A stretch of 64,000 bases of DNA from Cenococcum geophilum (lineage: Eukaryota): positions 7,440,001 through 7,504,000 of the forward strand of contig CP158635.1 of NCBI GenBank assembly GCA_050273025.1. Reading direction: 5' to 3'. This document shows positions 11,640 to 26,100 of this stretch, one piece after another. The notes under the pieces were generated by a model. It searched no databases. It had not been told where the DNA came from and was given only the letters and a program-made list of their open reading frames with translations. The number at the start of each line of letters is the position of its first letter. Position 1 is the first letter of the stretch. The position numbers and the translations under genes are program-made.

Positions 11640-14600
11640 GCCGTACAGGGTTTACCCTTTGTCATAGCGTCCGCAGGGTTAGTGTCTCTATTAATCTACT
11701 TAACTTTAGTAATCTGTTTTCGTTCATAAGCTTAGCGAAGGCACATTACATTAATTATTAAGCGTTTCTCTTGCGTAGTTCCTAGTCGGACGAGACAGTT
11801 GTATAAAGACTTTAAGTCAGTATAGAGAACGAGTAGTAGGTTAACCTATAGGACCTTATCTAGCGTAGATTTAATTATAGCGCCTATGTTAAAACCGTGC
11901 GCTATACTATACAGCTCTAAGGCTAATACACTCCTAGTAACTCTTTTACACTTAATTAAAGACCAGTAAACAATATTTGCCTTATTTAAGGCGTCTGCTA
12001 GTACAAGTACGTAGCCAATTTGCGAAGATAGGTCCTTATTATTAGCGAAGGAAGCGTCTGTAAATACCAGGAGTTATAAGGTATTGGCGTCTAGCTTAAT
12101 AAACTTTAGGCCTCTATTCGCGTTCTTAATCTGCTAGCTTAATCGCCTATTAAGACTCTTTATATTATCTTTAACTAGGTTAATTACCTAGGCAGTAAAG
12201 AATAAGTTATATAAGGCCTCTAGCTAATAAACTAAGGCGATATAGGCTCCTCTGGCGCATTAAGCGATATACTAGTCCTTTAGCATAAGTAGGCCACGCG
12301 TAACTCCTCTAGAGCTAGTGCTGTCTGCTAGCGTAGTGTTAACCATACTAAGGTTCTCACACTGGCGCTTTTACGTTAGCGTAATGCTCCCGTCTCGTAT
12401 TAATTAAATAAGTCCTTCGTTAAACTTAATTGGTATATTAGCGGTCAGTTGCTCTCGCTCCTTAGCTATAAATTCGGCCTTATATAGTTCGCTTTATTTA
12501 GCCTCTGTAAAGGTATCGTCTGCAAGGAATAGTGTATTATTAGTCTATAAGCCAACGATTCCGAAAGGCTTATCACTGTAAAGTAAGCAAGGGTCGTACG
12601 TGGACTAGTCTATTTACAGCTAATTAACGTGGTATAAATAGTAGGTCTTAAACCAGTGGTTTCTAGCTTCAGGTACTCCATAAAGTAGCTTTATAACCTT
12701 TAGAATGGAGTCCGTATCAATTCCCAATTATTTATTTAGCTCATATGGTGGTTATATATAGAACTCGCGGTTCAGGTTCATAGTAGACTGGACGTAGGCT
12801 TATAAGATGTCTCAGAGGTAGAGTTATATCTACGGTAGCATAGCAGCAATATAGAGAATCAGCCGCTAACTAACTCGTTAAATCATTAGTGACTAAGTAA
12901 GGACTAGCTCTTTCTCTAAGTTATTATAGGCCTGTATAACAAGTCGTAATTTCTTAAAGGCTTTATCGGTTCCCTTATTCTTAATCTTATCAACAAACCG
13001 TGAATTAAAGAGTCTGACCCCCTTTGGCATATTGTGTAGTTTAATAATCTTAAAGACACCTTTCTTAAGTAGGCCTGTGACCTCCTTTTGTCGTAAAGCG
13101 CTGAATTGGGTGTTACTATCGTTCTATAAGTAAATAGTAGTATTAGCCATATCTGCGGTATCATCGTCCTGTAAGTAGATAGCGATATTAGCGATATCCG
13201 TAATATCCGCAATATCCGCAATATTACCCGTAAGAGCGCCTATATCCGTCGTAGTATCCGTAACAGCTGTATCTGCGACGGCCGTAAGCAATGGGTATTT
13301 ACGGGGGCGGCCTCTACCTCGCTTTAGCGGTAGCTGTAGTTTAGCCTTAAGTAACGATTAAGGTTCGGCTGGTGAAGGTACTAGTTTATCTAATTTAACA
13401 GACTCTTGTGGTTCGACTGGGTTTTGTAGGTCCAGTAGATAAGGTTTTATAACTATAGAGCGGAAGGTCGTAGGCCTATTTAGTAGTTTTACGGTGCAGG
13501 TCTTGCCGTTAACGGCAAGCAGTATATATGGCCCATCCCAATAACCGCTTTGGCCAGTATTGCCTTCTCTCCAGACTAAGACAGGCGAACTAGGTGGGAA
13601 GCCGTGAATGGCGTTAGTTCGTGGTCCGTTTCGCATATTAAGAGCATCAGCAATCTATCGTTCAGCTCATAGCTTCTAAATTTCCACCATTGCTTTCTTA
13701 ATAGCCGCAGCTCGCTATATAACTGAAGGTAATAGCGCGTCCAATTCAACCATTTAGGGGTAGGCTCTAAAGACTAGGAGTATAGGGACTAGGCCTTCTA
13801 GGCCAGCCGTGTCATTAATGGCTTTGAAGGCCATTTATAGGGCCATGTCCTTGCTGATTTCAGGGATTTTAGTCGTAATAATTTGGTAGGCTCGTCGTAG
13901 CGGACCGTAGTAGCGTTCTACCATTCTAATGGAATTATGTGATTTGACTGGAACTGACTTTATAGTTGCTCCCATAGTGGTAGCATAGTGCTTAAACTCC
14001 TTACTGACAAAGTTCTTCCTAGCGTCTATGGTAATTAAGTCTGGTGGTCCTAAATAGCTGTTAATCCAGCACATTTAAAGAACATCCTAAGTGTGCTTGG
14101 CGCTAATGTCTTGTAGCCATCTACCAGTTTAAAATCAAGTTGCTTCATTAACTACGTGTAATAGGGGGGAGCCGCTAATATACATAATATCGACGATAAT
14201 GTTATAATTAAAATTGACGTCGTCTTATAAGGTAAAGCGAAATCTACCTAGAGATCTACTATACTTCTAGCAGTAGTGGTAGAGTCTAGTTAGTTCTTTA
14301 ATAGCAGATCTATCAGTATTATAGCCGTGGCCAGCTTTATTAAGAAGCTTTTATAGTCTGTCAACTAACGGGTAACCAAATTAACGGTATAGACGTCGTA
14401 GTTCTACGTCAGTTAAGTAGTAAGGGTTTATATTAAAAGACTCGACCAAATAAGACTGTAGGGAGAAGCTCTATAGGAGAAATGGGTGGCCAAATCGTCT
14501 GACTACTGGCACCTTTTTAGTGCGAGTAATGATAACGTCTTTTAGGTTATTGTATTTAATATAGAGTCTATCCATATCTGCTAAGCAAAGTAGGAAGGAA

Positions 14601-16714
14601 GTATCTGCTTTAACGATATGGAATTATACCTTACCTATAGGGCTGTTGACATCTATAGTTCCGATAGACGTAGAGGCTCCGATCCCGAATTGGACAGTCA
14701 CTTAACCCTTAGTTAACGTGTTAAGACTTACGGACTTATCTACGGCCTATAGAGCTTAGAATTAACCATAGCCAGCTATAGACTTACGCGAAGCACCTGT
14801 ATTAATTATAATTCCTATAAAGACCGTTAAGGTGTATCGTGACGCTGTGGCTGTAGCCGTACTGTAGGCAAATGGGTCGGTCTCCGTGTAAGGTTCCGTA
14901 GTAGACTTCGTAGTAAGTTTTAAAGCCGTAAGCAGGTATGTATAAGCCTTATTAGCTAGCTCTACGCTTATAGAGGTTGCTTCCTCCGTAGTAAGTGTTC
15001 TAAAGGTAGTAATATAGGTAGAACTATCGTTAGGTTCTCTAGCATCGCTCCCAGAGTCATCAGCGTCTTATATGTAGGCTTCGAAGTCTAAATCGTCATC
15101 TTTATCTCTTTCGCAAGCAGCGACGTATTGCTTAAAGTAGTTATTAAAGTTACCCTTATTACGGCCTTTAATATCAATAAAGCGTCTCTTATAGTCGTCT
15201 CTGGACCGACTACGCTTCTCCTCTATATGTTTCTACAAACGGCAGTCCTCCTTCTTATAGATATAGCACTTAGCCTTTAGTCTGCCGTTAGTTCTATAGG
15301 GGCAATTGCTACCGTAGCGATTGGTGTTTCGGTCTCGATTCTGGTTATTTTGGTAGTAGCATTAATCTATAAAAAAGGCTTAGTAAGACGATCTTATTAA
15401 GGCCTATAGGGGGTATTCTTTTTCCTACGCAATAATAGAGGATTATAGCTTACTAATTAACTAAGAGAGGTCTTCTAAAGGGTTGGAGACAGCAATACGG
15501 CATGCTGGTACTCCCTGGCAAGCAGTAACCAGCTTATTTATAAGGATGCGGTTTATACGGAAGTCTAGGTATAGTCCATAACGTTGCTTTAGCAGCTTAT
15601 CTATAAGTAGTTAGAAGTTCTAATAGATTAACTTATTAGGGTTCTCGTCCATAACTCCTTAGAGGGTTATACTATTCCACTCCGTAAGGTTCTTGCGGTA
15701 GTATTCTGGCCCTTTAAAGAACTGTTATATATGGTTACAGGCTTTAGTAAAAGGTCTTAACTCAAGGTTACTATTATAGTAGTAGTCCTAAGCAAGCCCT
15801 TTTAGCATGCTAGGGAATGCCACTATATAGCCTTCTGGTGGTAAGCCAGATCTCTTACAAATGTTATAAAAGATAGTTAGCTTAAAGTTAAAGCTGTCAT
15901 TAACTCTATCGTACTTTTAGTCGTCTATGTAAATCTTTACAATTATAGCCACCTCCTTACTGTATCCAGGTCCTTACTTAGGTCCTTGCTTAGGTCCCTA
16001 CTCTATACTAGGCATAGCTAGTTTAGGTGGTGTATGTATATATAGCTGCTGCGGTTGCTATAGCTGCTGCGGTTGCTGCTCTCTTAGCCATAGTAATTGG
16101 TCGATAAGGGCGTGGATTTGGTTATAATTGGAGGATTAAGGACCGGGAGGGGTAGTAGGGGTAGCGGGGGCAGCAATCGGAGTGGCTGGCAGTGCAGCGG
16201 TTGGAGTAGATCTAGGGGGGGTAGTAGGGGTAGCAGGGGCAGCGGCCAGAGTAGCTAGTGGTGCAGCGATTGGAGTAGCTAGTGGTGCAGCGAGCTTATC
16301 TAAGGTCAAATTAAGTCGGTTCCGCAGGGCCATAGTAATCATTGGCCCAATCTCAATAATGGTTAGGTCAATCTCTTCATCCGTCCATTCGTAAGGCTCT
16401 TCTTCATTAGCGACGTCCGTCAGCACACTGCCAAGGGTATGTCTCTTATCTTGCTTAACAACGTATACTCCTCTCTTAACTAGGTAGTTACGGATTCCTA
16501 TTCTAGTTTCAGATCGTACTCGTTTAAAGAGCTCTAGCGTAAAGTCTTTAAAGTCTTCCTAAAACGCTGTCCATAATAAAAAGTCTATAAGGTTATACCG
16601 TGTATATAGGTGCATCTTAGTCTCCAGATACTCCGCTAGGTTATTATCCGTAGCCGTCTCCAAGTTAATTCCGTTGCCGTATTTAGCAATTTTTTCCTTC
16701 TAGTTAATTTCCAT
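11640..16714 (-). pseudogene. Copia 1 gag-pol polyprotein (fragmented)
   Basis: ORF pieces 16136-16426 (gag), 13835-14074 (integrase WINSYLGPPD..ERYYGPLRRAY) and 13358-13636. RT LKVIKLLYGVPEARNHWF; RNase H FTDASFANNKD. Confidence 0.85.
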
Positions 16715-16889
16715 ATTATCGTGTCTTTGTGGATATTGTGGTTCAGAATTAAGTAGAGGTTCTAAAGGTTCGAGTTTAAGGTTAAGTTCAAGGTTTAAGG
16801 TATATAAAAGTAAGGGTGTAAGGGTGTGTACATGTCCCCTTAACAAATCTACAGTTCTTAAAAACTGAAGACCGAAGACGATTCTTAGC

Positions 16890-17115
16890 AAAGATACGGT
16901 CCTCTAGGCGATCTTACACATCAACAGTTAAGTTAATACGTGGTCTTAAGCTTTGAGGGTCCTCTAGGCGATCTAACGCGTTAACGGTTAAGTTAATGCG
17001 TGGTCTCAAGCTTTAAGGATAACGTAGCTCTCTCTAAGTAAAGATACGATTCTCTAGGCGATCTTACGTATCAGCAAGCTGATACGTGGTCTCGAGCTTC
17101 AAGGGTAACGTAGCT
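16890..17115. repeat. Three imperfect ~60-bp direct repeats in the Copia 1 5' UTR
   Basis: ctctaggcgatct...cgtggtct(c/t)(a/g)agctt recurs at ~16902, ~16962 and ~17053. Confidence 0.85.
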
Positions 17116-20100
17116 TTCTCCTTCAACTAAAATAGGGCGATAGCTTGGCGATTATCGAATACCGGGTGGTGCTGGTTCTCAAGCTTTGCTATTACATATT
17201 TCCTAATCTATACGTCTACTAATCAGTGTCGGTATAACTCACTTTATCAACGTGCACAAATATCACTTGTAGTGGTACGTATGCGGTGTTAAAGTTGGTA
17301 GTTAATTCTAGAAGAAAGGGGTTGCTCCAAAGTCAGATAGCTAGTCTCGCTTCGTGGCCTCGTGACCACGTCACGTGATTAACGTTCCGACAATTATAGA
17401 TCGATTAACAAAGGAAACTAACTAAAAATGTCCTCCTCTTACCTAAACTGGCGCCTAAATAACTTACAAAGTCTTTGGCAATAAAGTAGTTAAAACACTA
17501 CGTATTTCTGCCTTTATTTTCTATTATAATTTATATATAGGCGGTGTAGATATTGTAGGTTAGTTATAGTCCTATTTTAATACCTAGAGGACGCATTAAA
17601 AGACGTAGAAGCCTCTTTTTTACTTCCTACTTAATATAATCCTTAGTAATTCCTACCTACTATCCTCTTACTATTCTATTAATTGCCGAGTAACTCGCTA
17701 TAAGGGCTATAAATAGTTCAGAAAGGCTATAAAGCTATATATATTAGGAAAGCTTTAGACTAAGCTAAAGAACTATTTAGCCTATATAAAGGCTTAAAGA
17801 ATATTTAGGAACACTATAAAGGATTAAGGAAGTCTTTATTAAAGCTCTTACTAAATTCTATTTGGAAACCACATGGTAGTAAGAACTAAAAGAGGCCTAT
17901 ACGAGCGCCAAGGATATATTTTTGGTGTAAAATATATTAGATTCCATTCTGCAGAAAGGACGAGTATTAGTTACCTTATATTAAGCGACTAAACTCTAAG
18001 GAATAAGCTATATAGATTGTTTTATATAAGATTTTATAAATATTACTAGCCTCGTATTTCTAAGCATGACGATTTAGGTTAGTTAATTTAATTAGATAAT
18101 CCTTATCAATAATAGATGAATATAAACTAATGTATTAAGGGAGAGAGCTAGTTCTACAGATTAATTTAACTATATTTTTAAGATAATAGCTACTATAAAG
18201 ATATATATTAATTTCGTTAAAGAAGGTAACCGCTCTATATATAAAATAAGTCGCTATAGAATTAGCTTTTAACAAAAAAGGTTAGCAATATCCGTACCGT
18301 CTACTAAGCTAATTTAGGATAGTAATCGTTTTCTTAATCCAAGAGACTTTGGCAAGATTTATAAAAAAACCTTTACCTTAGTAAGCTTAGACGTGATTCC
18401 TTACCTTAGCAAGCTTAGACGCAATTCTATTAGTATGGATTTTTAATCAGTTCATAAGCTTACTAACTACGTTTATGCGAAACCACTAGAATTACGTCTA
18501 AGCGTGTTTTGTAAAGGTTCTTAGTAAATTTAATAATATCCGCGTTACGGAAATTGCGGATATTAGAATAACTTAATACTAATATTTTATATTATTTCCT
18601 AAAGTTTATTAATTATATAACAGAACCTAGGCTTTTAGAATATATTATTTTTATTACCTAGGTCTTTTTAGGTCTTATAATTATTTTTATTAAAAAAAAA
18701 CATATTATTAGCAATTCTATAACTATATATAACTTTATTAAACGCTAGCTAATATATATAAAAACTATATAGATCTATAATAGCCACCCTAAAGAACCTA
18801 TTATAGCCTAGCAGATATATAGCGTCCGCGTTATAGTGTATAACACCTACTATAATCTTATTACGCACTAATTACTAAGTTATAGATATCTAAGTAAATT
18901 ACTATATACTATTACTAAAACCCGCTAAGCGGAGAGGAAAGAAGTTAAGTAAGGTACTAAAACAGCCGCGGCCGTATTAGGTGTTAGATAATTAGACTTA
19001 GTATAATAAAGCCTTGTAGCAGGAACTACAGTAGACTTATTAATAGGCTGAGTATATAGGTAAATAAGAAGTCAAAAACGTAATATAAACTGGTGGAGTG
19101 GTTACCTAATAGATTAACTCCAATTATATTCTAAGATTCACTACAAAAAGAGAAGAACTATCTAGGTAGGGACTATAGTCCTTTAAATACACAACCGTAC
19201 TCTTAAGAATCCTCCTTATATGTAAAGTACGTCTTATATATAAGGTACGTAAGTCCCTTCCGTTCCTCTTATTTAATATATAGCATATTATATAACCTTA
19301 GTTACTATTCCTCGTTATATAGATCTATTAGTTCTATCCTAGACTATGCCTTAATTAACTAACTAGCTGCTTTTAACCCCTCTCCTAGTAGTTATAATAT
19401 TGTACTTAAAACGTTTGTAATACCATCTCCCTCCTTTTTATCTTCGTCCTTAAAGACTGTTAATGTCTCTAAGTTATTTACTAGAGGTATAATATCCGTC
19501 TAGTTAATTTAGTTAGTATTATTACTTATTATACCTAAAGCTTCTTCTTCTTTATACGCCTAACATTATGCCCGCACCGTTGCTGCAATATTATCGCTTA
19601 GTAAAATTATACTATCTTTGTATTCTCGTTATACAAAAGAGGGATTAGTTTATATTACATTGGCAAGTCTATCCTCCTAATAACCGTCCTCTTACTTAGA
19701 GTGCACTAAAGCAAATATTTATTTATCCTATAACGTTTGCTCTACCTTAGATACTAAATATACGCGTTCTATTATCCTAAATAGTTATTTAGTTCCCTAA
19801 TTAATTTGCCTTAGGGTCTTGTGTTTAATTTACTACTGCTCGTCTTAATAGCGAGTTATCTTAAGCCCTTACTAAGTTAAAACGTTCTTATAATGCAGAA
19901 TAGAAGGCTTTAAATACTTATATCGCGGCGTCTACTTAATTACTTTGTCTTAAGAAGGTTTGTAAAAAGGTCCGTTTTAAGGAGTAAAAACTTATAGAAT
20001 AAGGTTTATAGAAACTTAACAATAAAAGAATGGATTTTCTTCCAGCTAAGAAGGAAATAGATTTAAGTAGTTTAGCAACTACTCTTTTTAGGTCCCCCTT

Positions 20101-23100
20101 AGGTAGTTTATTTTTTGGTAATTTTTTCTTATTAATACTACCTAACCTAATCTCTTCTAATACTCCTATACCTTTCTTATAACATTTTTTAGATTTTCTA
20201 GTAGTTCCTAGGTAGTCTTCTTATAGCCTATCCACTTAACTTTATACTATATTTTATCGTTAATGTCCTTATAACTAACGATCTTTAAAACTTACTATTT
20301 GTCTTCCTCTTATCCTCTATACGTGTCTGCTTTATAAACTAGTGGCTTAATATTCCTATATACTGGCTCTGGTATTATAATATACTATATAGGGTAGATC
20401 TTTATTTTAGCTAGTAGGTTTAACTTAAACGTAACTAGTGAAATCCTTTATATAATTTTAAAAGGTCCTAGTCTAACATAGTCTAACTTCTTACTTAGTT
20501 GTTAACTCTTAAAATTTTTATATAGTAGCTATACTTTATCTCCCTCCTTAAGATCTGGTCCCTTAGATCTCTTAGCGTTATAGTACCTTTTTATCCTTTC
20601 TTATATCTTTTTTACTAATTCTTTAAGGTCTATATAAAGATTTATTAACATCTTTATTCTTTCTTTAGCTATACTACTCGTTTTTTTACTTACCGTAGTA
20701 ACAATGATATTCTTAGTTTATATCTATAGTTTGCCTTAAATAGTAATATACCTATTCCTTTTTATAGTGTTATATTATATATAAACTATATAACTAGTAA
20801 TAACAATATCTAATTATTCTATGCGTAATTAATATAATGTCTTAGATACTATTCTAGCGTCTAATTTAATCTTTCTATTTAACCATCCGTCTGCGGATAA
20901 TATGCGGTAGAAGTTACTACATAAACTCCTTATTCTGCCAAGAATACCTCCTAAAATACTGCTATAAATCTTAGGTTTTTATCTAATATAATCTTACCTA
21001 GTACTCTATATCTTATAAACACTTTTTTAACATAGATTCTAGTAATATCTTCCGCTGAGATTTCTTCTGTATATGCTATAAAGTAGCCCTATTTAGTTAA
21101 CTTATCTATTATTACTAAGATTATATTATACTCTTATCCGGTAATAGGATCTCTTAATTTTAGTAACTTAATGATAAAGTCCTATAATATAACCTCCTAT
21201 AGTCTCTCTAGTATTTCTATAGGTTGTAGCCCTCTATATAGCTTATGCCTTATTAGTTTATTCCTTTAGTAATTTAAACACTCCTTTATTACTTTTCTAG
21301 CTATATTTTAGATTCTGTTAATAATATATTCTTCTTATAGCCTTAACACTAAGCCTATTACTCTATTGTGTCCTTAAGTTATTTCCTTATAGAAGTCTTT
21401 TATAAAATACTCTGCTATGCTTTTTAGGATATACTTTACTTCTTAATTTTCGTATATATCTATCTGTAGATCTTCTAGCTATGCTTTTAGAATTCTTTAT
21501 ACCTAAAAGCTCTCTAGTATCTTATAGACTCTTTCTAGTTCGTTACCCTCTTAAGTTGCTACTAGTTTAGGGTAATTATATCTAATCCATCTATTTTTAT
21601 CTCTGCGTAGCATTGCTCCTAATAGTTTTTTTTATTATTCTATAGTTTAGCTTTTCTACTAAGCGTATCTACTGTTATATTCTTAGTTCCTTTAGTATAC
21701 TAAATTTTAAAATAGTATTCTGTAAGTATCTTTACCTATCTAACTCTATAATTAAGTTCTTTTATTATTAGGAACCTTATTAGGTTCTTATAATCCGTCT
21801 TAACTATAAATAGTTTCTCTACGCCTTATAAGAATGCTCTCTATTCCTTAAGTACTATAACTATAACTAATAACTCTTTACTATAGACGTTATAGTTTAA
21901 CTCTAGTAGTGTTATTTTCCGACTATAATATAATATTGGATGCTATGCGTCCTTATGCTTTTATAGTAAGTATACTCCTAGTATATAGTCTAATATATCT
22001 GTTTCCACAACCATGTCTAGCCTTAGTTAGTAGATTTTAAGGATTAGCTCCTAGGTAAACAACTCCTTAAGTTCCTTAAATAACTTCTTTTATTTATCTC
22101 CCTATACCTATAGTTCCTCTTTCTTTATAAGCCTAATAAGTGGTTTAATATTCTTTAACTATTATGCTATAAACCTTCTATAGTAGTTGCAAAACCCTAA
22201 AAATAACCTTAACTATATTATATTCTCTAGTTCCTACTAACTTACTATAGCTTTAATCTTCTTTAGGTCTATACTAATATAACCTAATTTAATAATAAAT
22301 CTAACGAAATTAGTCTTCTTTATAAAGAACTCGTATTTCTTAATTACTACTAGCATCTATTCTTCCTATAGTCTCTTTAAAACTTATTTAACGTATTCCC
22401 TATGTTCTTCCTTAGTTATTAAGTAGATAATAATATCGTTAAGGTATACTATAATAAACTTATTAAAGTATTCTCCTAATATACTATTAATTCTTTTCTA
22501 AAACGTTACTAGTGTATTTATTAATCTAAATTACATAACTAATAGTTTGTATAGTTCTTCTCTTAACCTAAAGGCTGTCTTTTATTTATCACCTTCCTTA
22601 ATTCTAATTTAATAGTACGCCTATCTTAGATCTATCTTTATAAAGATTTATACATTGCCTATTTAATCCTAGATTTCGCTAATTAAGGGTAAAGAATACC
22701 TATCCTTTTAAGTAATGCTATTTAACTATATGTAGTTAATATATAACCTAAGTTTTCCATTCTTTTTTGGTACGAATAGTACTAAATAATCTACTAATAA
22801 CTATAATGGTCTAATATATCCCTTTTATAAGTTTTCTTAAACAAACTCTTTAAGTGCTCTTAACTCTTCCTTAGTAAGCTTATAGGTTAGAAAGAACCTT
22901 AAACTTATTCCTAGTTCTAATTCTATTTTATAGTTCTATACTATATAATTTACCAACTTGAACTATATACTAGCGATAGAGAAAAGGAGCTCTTGCTGCA
23001 CCCGGCCTAAAAAGACCAAAACCAACCAAAAGAACCCTGAAAAACACCTAGAGAATCCCCCTGAGATGCATGCATCGCAGGGGAGGCACACGTCAAACGA

Positions 23101-26100
23101 CGGTGGCTCGCACTCACGCGCGACCGCTAGAACTACGCCCAGCAATGGCCCTCTATAATAAAGACGGGCGAATACTATACCATAAAGCGGAAATACCTCT
23201 ATTAAGAAGGCATCTAATAAAATATAAAGCCTATTAGACGCGTTTAGTATCTAAAATTGCGGGGGAGTAACCGTTAGCTATAATAAACTAATATAGCTAG
23301 CAGAATGGCTCCGCCAGTCCAGTAAACTTTAGGCGCCCCTCTAGCAAACCCTTAATTAAATCCTCTAATAGCTAAGTAAAATTGAAAACAAGTATAACCC
23401 CCCCTTACCGGCGAACCGTACCTGGGCTACTATAGCTGCGCTTTTATAGTATAGGGAACCTACCCCCCTTAAGTTAATAACTGGGTATATAATTATAATA
23501 TAACCAAATATAGAATAAGTAGAGGGGCTTAGGGGATAATTAGAAATAGAAGTCCTTATAAAGATACGCAAAAAGGTCCATAACGCTGTTATAGTTTAAC
23601 ACCTTAAGAGTGGAGATATTAGAGTTACCTTAAAGGACTAATAGGCAAAGGAACGAGCTATAAGGGTAAGGAATAAGCTAGGAGAACGTATTAGCATAAA
23701 AGTACTCTATAAGGATTACCTAGTTAAAGTCCTAGCGGTTCCTATAAGCCTTAGGGTAAAAAAGGGATGCTAGGCGGATAATATAGTAATTATATAGGAG
23801 ATAGTAAGATAAACGGAACGCCTTATACTAGGACTTAAAATCACCTAAATCTAATAACTTTAATAGGAAAATATAAACTAAGTATATAACGAGAATAATA
23901 AAAGGATATAAGGGTCGCCGGAGACTTGCTAGGGAGACGCTAGACGAATATATAGCTCCCTTATCGTCAGCATATATATACTAGGAATGCAAAAACTCCT
24001 TATCTAAAAAGGAATAATTATAAATGGCCTTATATATAATATAAGGCTCTACAACTATAGACTACGCCTAGAATAATGCTATCACTATATATAATAGGGA
24101 CATACCTAATCTATATACGCAGTATAGGTATACTATAGCTACTATATAGGCCCCTATAATATAAGATATTACTTAAATTAAGACTAAATAAAATGCGTAA
24201 ACTGCTACTAAAGCATACATAAGGCGTAGGAGAGAGAAAACTGCATTAAATATAGGAGATAAAAGGTAAGGGCTTAATAGCTGCGGGAATAACTATACGC
24301 TAGGTTATATAAATAGAAATAATAGGCAATAAGCTAGGGGGACGCAGGCGCCTTCCTAGCGTTTCCTACCTTTAATACTAGAGGGCTAGGCCAGCTATTC
24401 TAAGCCTTAACGGGCTAGAAGCGACGCTATATAATATCACCAGACTAATTAGGGATATAAGGGTTATAGGGGATATAAGGGAGAGGACGCCCTATAGGAA
24501 GACCCCTATAAACAGCAACAGTAGGCTTAAAACTAGGATAATTAAGAATTAGACTTAATGCGGTAAATATAACATTCGCAGCCGACCTATAAAGGGCATA
24601 TAGCTAACTAGTAAAAATAGGGGAAGAACCGGTAATAATAATAGATTTAGATATAGAAGCGCTAATAGGAATATAAGATATGGGAATAGAAAGCTCTATA
24701 TAAAATAAGTAGTAACTAGGGTATAGACATAAGAGATAGAAGCTCTAAATATTCTAGAGAAAGTAGAAATAGAAGAAGTGAGGAATAAAGGAGAGTTAAA
24801 GGACCCTTACTAGGGGTCCGCCACCTATCTATTATATAGTATAACTACGGCAATATAAACCACCGCCTTATAAGGCCCCTACTAGATAGTCTAGACCTAG
24901 AGAAACACTATATCCTTACTATATAAGAACTGTATTACAATACCTTTATATAATTAATATACTGCCCTTAAGGATTCTAGCTCCTATATAAACTAAAAGC
25001 AGCTATACGCGTATACTTTATAATTAGTAAGGCTATCAGCCTGTTCTTATAATTATAGCAGGCAGTTAACCTAGATATTGTAGTTATAATAATCTAAACA
25101 TATAGGGGACTGGTACAAATTATTAATATATATAACCCTAGGGTTAAAGGGGTCCTATAAATAGAGAATATTATATTGGTAATAAGCTTACTAGAAACCG
25201 AAGGTATAGAGTTTATCCTACTAGGAGATATAAACCTCCACTACCCGCGGTAGGGGGGTATCTATATTACTATAGATCAACAGTTAAAGTGCCTACTAAG
25301 AGCTATAGATATCTGGGGCCTTAAGCTAGCCACCCCCCTAGAAGTAATTATATAGTAATAAGGCACCGCTAGAAGTATAATTAACCTCATATTTATAGAC
25401 GAAGGCCTATACTAGAGACTTAAAAGGTGTAACCCCAAAGAAGAATAGGCACTTACCCTAGACTATATCCCTATCTAGATATAGCTAGACTTAGATACTA
25501 AAGCGCAACTAAATAGAAAAAGATACGTAATAAGGAAGCTTAAGACAGACAGTTTCCTTAATGTAGTTAAACAACAACTCTAAAACCTAGAAGAAATCCA
25601 CTTAATACTAAATAAGCGAGGCTTATTGGCTACCCCTAAGGAAATCGACCAAAGACTAGAAAGGATCTAGGTAGCGATTAAAAATAGGCTAGAAGAGTAC
25701 TACCCGATCTCAAAACCGGGCCCCTATACGCGATATATATGGTCTATATAATATACAGTTTTAGTTGCCAGCTAATAATAAGTAAGAAGGAAATATATAA
25801 GTAGCTATAACCCTAAAGACGAGAGATAATATAAAGATATAAGAAACCAGCTAAAGAATACCCTAAAAAAAGAAGTAAGGAATAACTGGAGACGGTTTAT
25901 AAATAAGTATACTTCTAACCTAAGCCTCCCCCATAATAAGGGCCTTTAGGCTATAGTAAAATAGGTAAAGAAAAAGGCAGGGCGCCTAGTAGAAGATTTA
26001 CACCTACCACCCCTATAAAGAGTAGGAGAATTATAGGCTATAAATAATAACAATAAGAAGGCAAAGATCCTTATAGAAAGGTTCTTCCCCTAACTGGCTC

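Larger units (their letters stand above)
11089..17392 (-). mobile_element. Full-length Ty1/Copia-type LTR retrotransposon 1 (6.3 kb); RIP-inactivated
   Basis: 166-bp LTRs at 11089-11254 and 17227-17392 differing by 4 transitions; TSD attat. Domain order is gag-PR-INT-RT-RH. Confidence 0.95.
8936..18082 (+). mobile_element. piggyBac-like DNA transposon (~2.2 kb once three LTR insertions are removed); RIP pseudogene
   Basis: Motifs LFNLFFIDEII, ELYIYLAVLIYIG, (VDE)..RFIGRA..TVNIPTK..GFKI, WKD-like *KDANIVLF, YNLYIGGVD and a Cys-rich C-terminus. TTAA at 8932-8935 and 18083-18086 flank imperfect inverted termini. Confidence 0.85.

Noticed and set aside
16140..16295. Pro/Ala/Thr repeat ORF as a surface protein
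   Set aside because: It is a low-complexity part of Copia 1 gag.
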